From an uncultured Gammaproteobacteria bacterium (GTDB lineage: Bacteria; Patescibacteriota; Microgenomatia; Levybacterales; UBA12049): 64,000 bases of DNA. Shown in pieces: positions 20,121 through 29,208 of this stretch; positions within the stretch are counted from its first letter, which is position 1; every line of letters begins with the position of its first letter. The translations under genes were made by a program, and so were the position numbers. Below the pieces are notes generated by a model. That model was not told the origin of the DNA and ran no database searches. It was given only the letters and a program-made list of their open reading frames with translations. The stretch lies in contig OZ246394.1 in the NCBI GenBank assembly GCA_965230895.1, positions 980,668-1,044,667 of the forward strand, given 5' to 3'.

Positions 20121-20594
20121 TTACCAGCGGAATGAACTGAATGCTTTGTTTGCTTCTGCTTGCTTGAGTGCGAGTTCTCGCTTTCGAACTGCCTCTCCTT
20201 CGTTTGCAAGAGCTGCTAAGAGTTCTGCAGCTAATTTCTCAGCAAATGTGTGATATTCTTTGTTTGGTCGCTTTCGAGCTGCTTCAATTATCCATCGGAG
20301 TGCAAGCGACATACGTCTTTCTGCACGGACTTCTGTAGGGACTTGGTAATTCGCTCCACCAATACGACGAGCTTTTACTTCAATCTTTGGACCAACGTTT
20401 TGCATAGCCTTTTCAAAAGCCTTCAATGGCTCTTCACCCTTTTCTTCAAGGATCTTAAATGCCTTGTACACTTGTGCTTGCGCGATAGTCTTTTTACCAT
20501 CAATCATGATGTAATTGATAAGCTTCGCAACTACAAATGAATTGTAGATTGTGTCTGGGGCAATTACTCTTTTTGTTACTTTAGCGTGTCTCAT
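20121..20594 (-). CDS. rpsG: 30S ribosomal protein S7
   Basis: 157 aa, canonical S7 sequence. Confidence 0.9.
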   Translation of the reverse strand: MRHAKVTKRVIAPDTIYNSFVVAKLINYIMIDGKKTIAQAQVYKAFKILEEKGEEPLKAFEKAMQNVGPKIEVKARRIGGANYQVPTEVRAERRMSLALRWIIEAARKRPNKEYHTFAEKLAAELLAALANEGEAVRKRELALKQAEANKAFSSFRW

Positions 20595-20602
20595 ATACTA
20601 TT

Positions 20603-21022
20603 TTATGCTGCAGCTTTCTGCATCTTTGTACCATAGATACTTCGTGATGTCTTTCGTTTTTCTACACCAAGAAGATCGAATTTCCCTCGAACTGCATGGT
20701 ATTTAACACCTGGCAAATCTCGGACGCGACCGCCTCGGACAAGAACGATACCGTGCTCAGAAAGCGTATGTCCTTCACCTTGGATGTACGCTGTAACTTC
20801 CATTTTATTGGAAAGCTTTACACGGGCTACTTTTCGAAGCGCTGAGTTAGGCTTCTTTGGTGTCATTGTTTTAACCAAAGTTACAACACCACGCTTTTGT
20901 GGAGCATCTGCAGCCACATACGCGCGATCCTTTGAATTAAAAAGCCTTTTCAAAGCAGTTGCTTTGGTTTTTCCGACTCTTTTTACTCTTCCTCTTTTAG
21001 TTAACTGTGCAAGTGTTGGCAT
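20603..21022 (-). CDS. rpsL: 30S ribosomal protein S12
   Basis: Start moved to Met11 of the ORF ([12 protein letters not shown]...), giving 139 aa, canonical S12. Confidence 0.9.
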   Translation of the reverse strand: MPTLAQLTKRGRVKRVGKTKATALKRLFNSKDRAYVAADAPQKRGVVTLVKTMTPKKPNSALRKVARVKLSNKMEVTAYIQGEGHTLSEHGIVLVRGGRVRDLPGVKYHAVRGKFDLLGVEKRKTSRSIYGTKMQKAAA

Positions 21023-21159
21023 AATTGGTATTATATCACATTTTACCCACAAAGTACGCTGTAGTTAGCCGTTGGAAGTTTAAATAGTAGAAACTCGCGC
21101 TTCAGTATATTTAATACTTACTGCTGCCAAACTGGCAGTCGGGTCTTAAACGTTATACT

Positions 21160-24100
21160 TTAGACAGTAGCAGGTGCATCTTCAGTTTCTGGTTCAGTAA
21201 CTGGAGATTCTTCTGTAACATCTTCTTTTGGTTCTTCACTAACTTCATCATTTGATTCTTCTCCAGAACCATTTGATCCGCCTTCTTCTTCCTCTGGTTC
21301 AAAATTGCCACTCATACCAGCAACTGGGATGAGTCGTCCAATAATAACATTTTCCTTCAAACCTAGGAGCTTATCGACTCGACCTTCAAGTGCTGCTTCT
21401 GTCAAAACCTTTGTTGTTTCTTGGAATGATGCAGCTGAGAGCCATGAATCTGAGAACAACGCTGACTTAGTAATACCTAAGATAACTTGTCGACCTGTTG
21501 CTGGTTCTCCACCTTCCGAGAGAACTTCTGCATTCATTTCTTCAAATCGTGCCTTTGTTACGAAGTCGCCTGGGATAAGTGATGTATCACCAACAGTTTC
21601 AACGATGATCTTATCAGACATCTTTCGGATAGTAACTTCAAAGTGCTTGTCGTTAATACCGATACCTTGTGATTCATATACCTTTTGAACTTCAGTAATA
21701 AGGTATCTCTGGACCATTGAGAGTCCACCAATCTTCAAAACTTCTTTTGGATCCAAGTCACCTTCTGCAAGAGCTGTACCTGCATTGATTTCTTCACCAT
21801 CTTGTACTTTTAATGTCGCAGACAATGGTACGAAGTATTCTTGTGACTCAATTGGTTTGATCTTTGTATTCTTAACAGTGATAACGTGTCCTTCGTTGTT
21901 TGTTTCAATCTTAACCTTACCAGTGATTTCTGAAACAGCTGCCAAATTCTTTGGAGTTCTCATTTCAAAGAGTTCTTCAACACGTGGCAAACCTTGTGTC
22001 ACGTCACTCATAACAACTCCACCATAGTGGCGGACACGCATGGTAAGCTGAGTTCCAGGTTCTCCGATACTTTGTGCAGCCATAACTCCGACTGGAACTC
22101 CGAGACCAATTCTCTTCTTTGTTGAAAGATCCCAGCCATAACATGATGCACAGAGTCCGTATGGAAGTGCACATGTCAAAGGTGATCGTACAACTGCTTC
22201 TTCAACTTCATGTTCTTCAAGAAGGTGAACATTTTCTTCATTAACTTCTTCTCCAGCTTTGATAGCAATCTTCTTTGAGTTCTTTGCCATTGCATTCTGT
22301 GCAAGAACACGACCCATGAGTCTATCACCAAATGCTGCAGTTCTTTCTTTTTCACCTCGAACAATTGTAATTCCTTCTTCAGTTCCACAATCTTCTTCTC
22401 GGATGATAACTTCATGAGCCACATCAACAAGACGTCGAGTTAAGTATCCTGCATTCGCTGTCTTAAGAGCTGAGTCAGTCAAACCTTTTCGTGAACCTCT
22501 TGCTGAAGCTACGTATTCAAAGATTGAAAGACCTTCTCGGAAGTTAGACTTAACTGGAAGTTCAACGATCTTACCCATAGGATCAACGATAAGCCCTCGG
22601 AGCGCAGAAAGCTGCTTAAGCTGTTCCAGACCTGCACGGGATCCTCCTGAATCGATAGAGATCTTGATTGGATTGTTTGGCTTCAAAGCTTTCCATGAGA
22701 TATCTCCAACTGTATTTGTAACTTTCATCCAAACTTCGTTACTAAGTCTCTTCTTTTCAGAAAGAGTGATCAAACCTTGCTGATATTCTTGGTCAATAGC
22801 TGCAACTTTCTTTTCACCTTCTCTGATCATCGCATCCTTTTCAGGTACGATTTCGTTATCAAACATACTTACAGATACACCTGAGATAGTTGCACCGAAG
22901 AATCCGAGGCTCTTAATCTTGTCGATAAGTGCTGCAACCGTATCACCATCATAGATCTTCATAGATCGAGTGATAAGCTTCTTGATTCCGCCTGCATTGA
23001 TAGCTTCGTTTACATAACCGTAATCTGTTGGAAGAAGTTCATTGAACTTGATTCGACCAACTGAAGTTTCAAGAGTTTTTGAGACACCATCATGTGTTGT
23101 TATACGAACTGTGATTGGTTGGCGCATTCGAACCTTTCCGATGTCATATGCCAAAAGTGCTGAATTAGTATCACTAAAGTGTACTTGATCTTCTTCACTC
23201 TTTCGAAGCGTTTCATCAAGAGTTGTAAGGTAATAAGTACCCAAAGCCATTTCTTTATTTGGAAGTGTGATAGGATCCCCACTAGCTGGCTTCAAAAGGT
23301 TATGATTTGGCATCATAAGTTCGATCGCTTCTTCTTGTGCTTTTGCAGACAATGGAATATGTACAGCCATCTGGTCACCGTCAAAGTCAGCATTGTAACC
23401 TGCACATACACAAGGATGCAATTGGATAGCTGCTCCTTCGATCAAAACTGGGTAGAATGCTTGAATACCGAGTTTGTGCAAGGTAGGAGCACGGTTCAAA
23501 AGAACTGGATGATTCTTTGTGATTTCTTCAAGAATATCAAATACCTCTGGTGGTCGCTTTTCGATGTATCGTTTTGCTGACTTAATGTTTGTAGCCAAAC
23601 CTCGGACGATAACTTCTCGAAGGATGAATGGTTTAAACATTTCAAGCGCCATTTCTTTTGGAAGACCACATTGGTTTAATTTAAGTTCTGGTCCAACAAC
23701 GATAACTGAACGTCCTGAGTAATCAACACGCTTTCCAAGAAGATTTTGTCGGAATCGTCCTTGCTTACCTCGAAGCATGTCAGAAAGTGATCGAAGTGCT
23801 GAAGACATTGTCTGTGAACTTCGCTGTGATGAATCAATAAGCGCGTCAACTGATTCCTGAAGCATTCTCTTTTCATTTCTCAAAATGATTTCAGGAGCTC
23901 CAAGCGCAAGAAGGTGCTTCAAACGATTGTTTCGGTTGATAACTCTTCGATACAAATCATTCAAATCAGATGTAGCAAATCGTCCACCTGAAAGCTGAAC
24001 CATAGGTCGAAGATCTGGTGGGATAACAGGAAGTACAGTCATAACCATAGCTTCTGGAGTGATATCAGCTTTTCGCATATTTTCGAGAAGTCGAAGTCTC

Positions 24101-25038
24101 TTAACAAGCTTTAAGTATCGTTGTGCACTTGCCTTTTCAGCTTCAGTTCGGAGGTTTGCAATCAATGTTGGAATATCCAACTTTGTGACAACTTCCAAAA
24201 GTGCTTCTGAACCAGTCTTAATTGTAAAGAAGATTGGTGTATCGTATTCAAGAAGCTTGAAGTACTCATCTTCTGAAAGAACACTTCCAACTCGAAGACT
24301 CTTCAAGAGCTTTGTGAACGTATCAGAGATTTCGTCTAATTTCTTGAGTTCTCCTTCAAGAGATTCTGAATTTCGAGTCAATTTTTGTCGTGCTGCGAGA
24401 TCAATTTCTTCTTCAATCAATTGCTTTTGTTCGTCTGAACCTTTACTCTTAATTTCTTTCTTCTTTTCTTCAGCTTCAGCAGTGATCTTCTCACCTTCTG
24501 TATCCATTCGCTCAGTCAAAGCATCTTTTCGCTTTGTCATTGTTTCAACAAATGTATCAAGAGCTTCTTTCTTCTTTTCTTCATCAATATTTGTGATTAA
24601 GTATGAAGCATAGTAAATGATTGATTCAAGACTCTTCTGTTGGATATCCAAGAGAAGTGAAAGTGCACTTGAAGCACCTTTAAAGAACCAAACGTGTGCA
24701 ACTGGTGATGCAAGAGTGATATGACCAAGTCTTTCACGTCGAACACGTGAGAGAGTAACTTCAACACCACATTTGTCACAAACGATTCCTCGGTATCGGA
24801 TTCTCTTGTATTTACCACAGTAACATTCCCAGTCCTTCGTAGGTCCAAATATTCTTTCATCGAAAAGACCATCCTTTTCAGGTCGAAGTGTTCGGTAGTT
24901 AATAGTCTCTGGCTTTGTAACTTCGCCATATGACCATTGCATGATATCTTCATTTTTAGCCAAAAGGAGCTTCAATGATTTGAAATCAGCAATATTTAAA
25001 TCTTTTAATATATTTTTGTTTTTGTCTCTATTATTCAT
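21160..25038 (-). CDS. rpoC: DNA-directed RNA polymerase subunit beta' with acidic C-terminal tail
   Basis: 1292 aa; N-terminal Zn-binding Cys motifs and the NADFDGD catalytic motif; starts 2 nt after the rpoB stop; GAGG SD. Confidence 0.95.
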   Translation of the reverse strand: MNNRDKNKNILKDLNIADFKSLKLLLAKNEDIMQWSYGEVTKPETINYRTLRPEKDGLFDERIFGPTKDWECYCGKYKRIRYRGIVCDKCGVEVTLSRVRRERLGHITLASPVAHVWFFKGASSALSLLLDIQQKSLESIIYYASYLITNIDEEKKKEALDTFVETMTKRKDALTERMDTEGEKITAEAEEKKKEIKSKGSDEQKQLIEEEIDLAARQKLTRNSESLEGELKKLDEISDTFTKLLKSLRVGSVLSEDEYFKLLEYDTPIFFTIKTGSEALLEVVTKLDIPTLIANLRTEAEKASAQRYLKLVKRLRLLENMRKADITPEAMVMTVLPVIPPDLRPMVQLSGGRFATSDLNDLYRRVINRNNRLKHLLALGAPEIILRNEKRMLQESVDALIDSSQRSSQTMSSALRSLSDMLRGKQGRFRQNLLGKRVDYSGRSVIVVGPELKLNQCGLPKEMALEMFKPFILREVIVRGLATNIKSAKRYIEKRPPEVFDILEEITKNHPVLLNRAPTLHKLGIQAFYPVLIEGAAIQLHPCVCAGYNADFDGDQMAVHIPLSAKAQEEAIELMMPNHNLLKPASGDPITLPNKEMALGTYYLTTLDETLRKSEEDQVHFSDTNSALLAYDIGKVRMRQPITVRITTHDGVSKTLETSVGRIKFNELLPTDYGYVNEAINAGGIKKLITRSMKIYDGDTVAALIDKIKSLGFFGATISGVSVSMFDNEIVPEKDAMIREGEKKVAAIDQEYQQGLITLSEKKRLSNEVWMKVTNTVGDISWKALKPNNPIKISIDSGGSRAGLEQLKQLSALRGLIVDPMGKIVELPVKSNFREGLSIFEYVASARGSRKGLTDSALKTANAGYLTRRLVDVAHEVIIREEDCGTEEGITIVRGEKERTAAFGDRLMGRVLAQNAMAKNSKKIAIKAGEEVNEENVHLLEEHEVEEAVVRSPLTCALPYGLCASCYGWDLSTKKRIGLGVPVGVMAAQSIGEPGTQLTMRVRHYGGVVMSDVTQGLPRVEELFEMRTPKNLAAVSEITGKVKIETNNEGHVITVKNTKIKPIESQEYFVPLSATLKVQDGEEINAGTALAEGDLDPKEVLKIGGLSMVQRYLITEVQKVYESQGIGINDKHFEVTIRKMSDKIIVETVGDTSLIPGDFVTKARFEEMNAEVLSEGGEPATGRQVILGITKSALFSDSWLSAASFQETTKVLTEAALEGRVDKLLGLKENVIIGRLIPVAGMSGNFEPEEEEGGSNGSGEESNDEVSEEPKEDVTEESPVTEPETEDAPATV

Positions 25039-25040
25039 AG

Positions 25041-28000
25041 TTATTTAACCTCTTCCTCAGCTGCTGCTTCAAGATCAGCATCATCTGGTTCAACTTCTAA
25101 CTCAGGCTCTACTTCTTTTGCTTCTGGTTCTTCAGCTACTGATTCTGCATCAAGTGATTCTTCAAGTTCTTGTACTTCTTCTTTGATTTCTTCAGATGCA
25201 ACTTCAGCTTTTTCTTCAACCTCTTCTTGTTCTTCAACTGCTCCAACTGGAACAACATTCAAACCAAGTGATTGCAATTCTTTAATCAATACCTTAAATG
25301 ATTCTGGAACCTTTGGTGTTGGGATATCTGTTCCCTTAACGATAGCTTCAAAAGCTTTCGCACGACCAACGACATCGTCAGATTTGATTGTAAGCATTTC
25401 TTGAAGGATGTATCGCGCTCGATGTGATTCAAGAGCCCAAACTTCCATTTCTCCAAGTCTCTGTCCACCCATTTGTGCTTTACCACCAAGTGGCTGCTGT
25501 GTAACGAGTGAGTATGGTCCAGTAGAACGTGCGTGAGTCTTATCCTCAACCATGTGGATAAGCTTCATAATGTATTCTATACCAACTACTACTGGATTTT
25601 CAAATGGAATACCAGTCTTACCATCAATCAAGTTCATTTTACCATTAACTGGCAAGCCTGCTTCTTCCAAAAGATCAATCATTCGTTGCTCGTCAATCTT
25701 TTCAAATGCTGGAACTCCAACTTTCATTCCAAGCTTTTGCGCTGCATATCCAACGTGAGCTTCCATGATCTGTCCAAGGTTCATACGAGCAAGGATAGAT
25801 ACAGGAGAGATAATAATATCAATCGGTGTACCATCTTCCAAGTGAGGCATATCCGCTACTGGAAGGATTCTTGAAATAATACCTTTGTTACCGTGTCGTC
25901 CAGCGAGCTTGTCTCCAACAGAAACGTGTCTGAATTGAGCAACTTCAACAATAATCTTTCGCATTGTTCCTGGTTCCAATTCATCACCTTGCTTACGGTC
26001 AAGCACTTGTACTGAAATAACAGTTCCTCGTTCTCCGTGAGGCATTCGAAGTGAAGTATCTCGAACTTCTCGTGCTTGCTCACCAAAGATTGCTCTCAAA
26101 AGTCTTTCTTCTGCTGTTAATTCAGTTTCACCCTTTGGCGCAATCTTACCAACAAGAATGTCTCCAGGTGAGACTTCGGATCCTAACACGACGACACCTG
26201 TTTCGTCAAGGTTTGCGAGATCTTCTTCACTCACATTTGGAATATCTCGTGTTGTTTCTTCTGGTCCAAGCTTTGTTTCTACCACTGCTGCTTCATACTT
26301 TTCGATATGAATACTTGAAAGCGCATTTTGCTTAACAAGGTTGTCTGAGATAACGATAGCGTCTTCATAACCAAGTCCATCAAGAGATGCATATGCAATC
26401 AAAAGATTTCGGCCAAGCGCAAGTTCTCCAAGCTGACTTGAAGGACCATCGATAAGAACATCACCTTTTTTGATCAATTGGCCTTGTGTAACCATTGCTC
26501 TTTGCGTATATGATGTTGCCTGTGAAGTTCTTTCAAATGCTTGAATTGGGAATGACATTGTTTCACCAGTTTGACTTTCAATGTTTACTTTATCAGCGTC
26601 TACATACATAACTTTACCGTCAAATGGAGATTTAATAACACGACCCATTACTTCTGAGATGTCTGATTCCATACCTGTTCCAACAACTGGACTTTGTGGA
26701 TTAATAAGTGGAACAGCTTGACATTGCATGTGAGTACCCATCAATGCACGATTCGCTTCGTCATGAGCAATAAATGGAATAAGTGATGCTGAAGTACCGA
26801 CAACTTGTCGTGGAACAACATCAATGTATTGCAACATTTCTCGATCAACTTCAGTAAAGTCTCCATTGTATCGAACTGGTACACGCTCATCAAGGATTTC
26901 TCCATCTTCGCCAATACTTACACCAGCGTGAGTGATATATGCTTCTCTTTCATCGTCTGCACTTAAGTAAACGATTTCGTCACTAATTCGGACTTTCTTT
27001 CCATCCTTAACAACTTTTCGATAAGGTGCTTCGAGGAAACCATAGTCATTAACCTTTGAATACAATGCAAAGTATGTAACCAAACCAATGTTTGGACCTT
27101 CAGGACTTCGAATAGGATCAATTCTTCCATATTGTGAAGAGTTGATATCACGGATAGAGAAGGCTGCACGTTCTCGTGAAATACCACCTGTACCCATAAC
27201 CGTCAAACGGTTAAGATTGTCAATTTCAGAAAGTGGATTTGTTTGGTCAAGAATTGTTGAAAGCTGTGAAGTTCGGAAGAATTCATTGATTGCAGCCATA
27301 ATTGGTCGCGCATTAATAAGATTTCCAACAGTAACTGGAACGTCAGCTTGCAAAAGTGACATTCTTTCTTTGATACTTCTTTCAACACGGAGGACACCAA
27401 CGCGGAAAGCATTGATTGCAACTAATTCTCCTACACTTCGAACACGTCGGTTTGAAAGAGAATCAATATCATCCGTATTACCTGTACCAGCTTCAAGCTT
27501 CATAAGGTATGAAAGGGTTGCGATGATGTCTTCAATTGTCAAAACATGTTCTTCTGATGGTTCGAATCCTTCAACGGCTTTAAGTCTTTTGTTGATCTTA
27601 TATCGTCCAACAACACCGAGATCGTATCGTCGGTTATTAAAGAAAAGATTTGTGAAATATTCTCGTACTTTGTCCAAAACAACTGGTTCACCTGGATGCA
27701 TCTTTCGGAAGATTTCGATCAATGCTTCAGTATCACTTGTTGTTTCGTCTTTTGCTAATGTATTCTGGATTAATTGTGCACCTGCTTCACCCGCTACATC
27801 TTTGAACTTTTCTTTGATTGCATCATTATCTGAAATACCCAAAGCTCGAAGGAATGTTGTAGCCAAGAACTTTCGTCGGCGATCAATCTTTACAGTAATA
27901 GTACCGTATCGAGTTGTTGCGAATTCCAACCATGAACCATGTACTGGTCGGATTTCTGTTGAGTAAAGAGTCTTTCCTGTGATTGGATCTTGTGTTCCTG

Positions 28001-28445
28001 TGAAGAAAACACCAGATGAACGGACAAGCTGATTAACCACTGCACGTTCAATACCATTTACAACGAACGTTCCTCGTGTTGTCATTTGAGGGATGTCACC
28101 AAGAAAAACTTCTGCTTTGTGATTTTCGCCTGTCTTTTTGTTTGTGAGTGTTACACCAACTGTTAAAGGAGCGTTGTATGTTAAACCTTTATATAATGCC
28201 ATTTCCGGAGTAATAGTTGGTTTACCAATTTTGTGCTCGTGGAATTCGAGAGACCAGTTCTTTCCTGTAAAATCATCTACTGGAGTAATTTCTTTAAGGA
28301 TTTCAGGGATACCTTGTTCTTGAAAAAGTTTGTACGACGCTTTTTGGACTGCCAAGAGATCTAACTTTGGTAGGTCTTTATAATCTTTTCCCCAATTCTG
28401 GCGAACGTATTTAATATTGTCTTGTGCGTCTGATTGCTTAGGCAT
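25041..28445 (-). CDS. rpoB: DNA-directed RNA polymerase subunit beta with acidic C-terminal tail
   Basis: 1134 aa with canonical beta-subunit conserved regions; about 60-aa Glu-rich C-terminal tail. Confidence 0.95.
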   Translation of the reverse strand: MPKQSDAQDNIKYVRQNWGKDYKDLPKLDLLAVQKASYKLFQEQGIPEILKEITPVDDFTGKNWSLEFHEHKIGKPTITPEMALYKGLTYNAPLTVGVTLTNKKTGENHKAEVFLGDIPQMTTRGTFVVNGIERAVVNQLVRSSGVFFTGTQDPITGKTLYSTEIRPVHGSWLEFATTRYGTITVKIDRRRKFLATTFLRALGISDNDAIKEKFKDVAGEAGAQLIQNTLAKDETTSDTEALIEIFRKMHPGEPVVLDKVREYFTNLFFNNRRYDLGVVGRYKINKRLKAVEGFEPSEEHVLTIEDIIATLSYLMKLEAGTGNTDDIDSLSNRRVRSVGELVAINAFRVGVLRVERSIKERMSLLQADVPVTVGNLINARPIMAAINEFFRTSQLSTILDQTNPLSEIDNLNRLTVMGTGGISRERAAFSIRDINSSQYGRIDPIRSPEGPNIGLVTYFALYSKVNDYGFLEAPYRKVVKDGKKVRISDEIVYLSADDEREAYITHAGVSIGEDGEILDERVPVRYNGDFTEVDREMLQYIDVVPRQVVGTSASLIPFIAHDEANRALMGTHMQCQAVPLINPQSPVVGTGMESDISEVMGRVIKSPFDGKVMYVDADKVNIESQTGETMSFPIQAFERTSQATSYTQRAMVTQGQLIKKGDVLIDGPSSQLGELALGRNLLIAYASLDGLGYEDAIVISDNLVKQNALSSIHIEKYEAAVVETKLGPEETTRDIPNVSEEDLANLDETGVVVLGSEVSPGDILVGKIAPKGETELTAEERLLRAIFGEQAREVRDTSLRMPHGERGTVISVQVLDRKQGDELEPGTMRKIIVEVAQFRHVSVGDKLAGRHGNKGIISRILPVADMPHLEDGTPIDIIISPVSILARMNLGQIMEAHVGYAAQKLGMKVGVPAFEKIDEQRMIDLLEEAGLPVNGKMNLIDGKTGIPFENPVVVGIEYIMKLIHMVEDKTHARSTGPYSLVTQQPLGGKAQMGGQRLGEMEVWALESHRARYILQEMLTIKSDDVVGRAKAFEAIVKGTDIPTPKVPESFKVLIKELQSLGLNVVPVGAVEEQEEVEEKAEVASEEIKEEVQELEESLDAESVAEEPEAKEVEPELEVEPDDADLEAAAEEEVK

Positions 28446-28481
28446 CGGTAGTTAATGGTAGGCAGGTATCGCTATTCATGC

Positions 28482-28513
28482 AAAAAAGATACAAAGGGCA
28501 AAACCCTTGTATC
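28482..28513 (-). promoter_or_regulatory. Terminator-like hairpin + U-run within the rpoB 5' leader (candidate attenuator)
   Basis: Minus strand: GATACAAGGG-UUUUG-CCCUUUGUAUC (10-11 bp stem, one bulged A) followed by UUUUUUG, located between the predicted rpoB promoter and the rpoB ATG. Confidence 0.35.
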
Positions 28514-28538
28514 TTCATCGGTAAATGAGAGCTAATCG

Positions 28539-28568
28539 TTTATATCACATAGTCTAAACTCTTGTCAA
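28539..28568 (-). promoter_or_regulatory. Candidate rpoBC promoter (TTGACA-18-TATAAA)
   Basis: Minus strand: -35 TTGACA (28563..28568) and -10 TATAAA (28539..28544); same hexamer pair as the groES promoter. Confidence 0.35.
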
Positions 28569-28594
28569 TACTTTTAGTGCATTTTGGTACTAAA

Positions 28595-28623
28595 TTGATT
28601 GCATACCATCAAAGTGGTATAGT
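28595..28623 (+). promoter_or_regulatory. Candidate promoter giving a leaderless mRNA for the downstream gene
   Basis: TTGATT (28595..28600), 17-nt spacer, TATAGT (28618..28623); the ATG lies at 28633, about 10 nt after the -10, with no SD. Confidence 0.3.
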
Positions 28624-28632
28624 GTTCAGGTA

Positions 28633-29172
28633 ATGACTAAACGTTTTGCAGATAAACGGGTCTATTATTCAGGATCGCTTACAGGCACGCCTGAACATGA
28701 TCTGCAATTCCCCAAAAAATTAGTTAGCTATATTGAAAGTCTTGGAGCAGACGTTCTCGACCCACATGTAGCAATATCCCCTCGATTAATTGGAGAACGA
28801 GAAGCATATTTTGCGAAACAAGGAACAAAATACAACATCTCCCTTGATGCATGGAAGGAGCTCTCATCTGAAGAACAGGACGAGGCAAGATACAAATATT
28901 TTATTGGATTACTCGACGAAGCAACGCATGTGGTAGCGCTCCTTAACGGCCCAACAACAGGAGTTGGTATGGAGATCGAACATGCTGTACTGAAACCGCA
29001 ACTAGGCCTGAATGAAACACCAATTCTTGGTCTAGTTCATACTGATCGGTTAGCAAGTGTTTCGCCAATGATCAGAGGTGCAGCAAAAGTATATCCTCAT
29101 TTTATCCTTAAGACCTATGCAACGTTACGTGATGCAGAAGAAATTATTTATCAATTTTTAGAACAAGATTAA
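28633..29172 (+). CDS. Nucleoside 2-deoxyribosyltransferase-like protein
   Basis: 179 aa; N-terminal KRVYYSGSLTG and TTGVGMEIEHAV resemble the Nuc_deoxyrib_tr fold, including the catalytic Glu (GLGMELGYA in the L. leichmannii enzyme). Confidence 0.5.
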   Translation: MTKRFADKRVYYSGSLTGTPEHDLQFPKKLVSYIESLGADVLDPHVAISPRLIGEREAYFAKQGTKYNISLDAWKELSSEEQDEARYKYFIGLLDEATHVVALLNGPTTGVGMEIEHAVLKPQLGLNETPILGLVHTDRLASVSPMIRGAAKVYPHFILKTYATLRDAEEIIYQFLEQD

Positions 29173-29208
29173 ATATTTCCCTCTTGCATGCTATAATAAT
29201 AGTCTACT

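Noticed and set aside
24059-24613. 184-aa plus-strand ORF
   Set aside because: Antisense within rpoC; Ser-rich low-complexity translation.
27088-27966. 292-aa plus-strand ORF
   Set aside because: Lies entirely antisense within rpoB; Ser/Arg-rich composition typical of antisense frames of a conserved gene.
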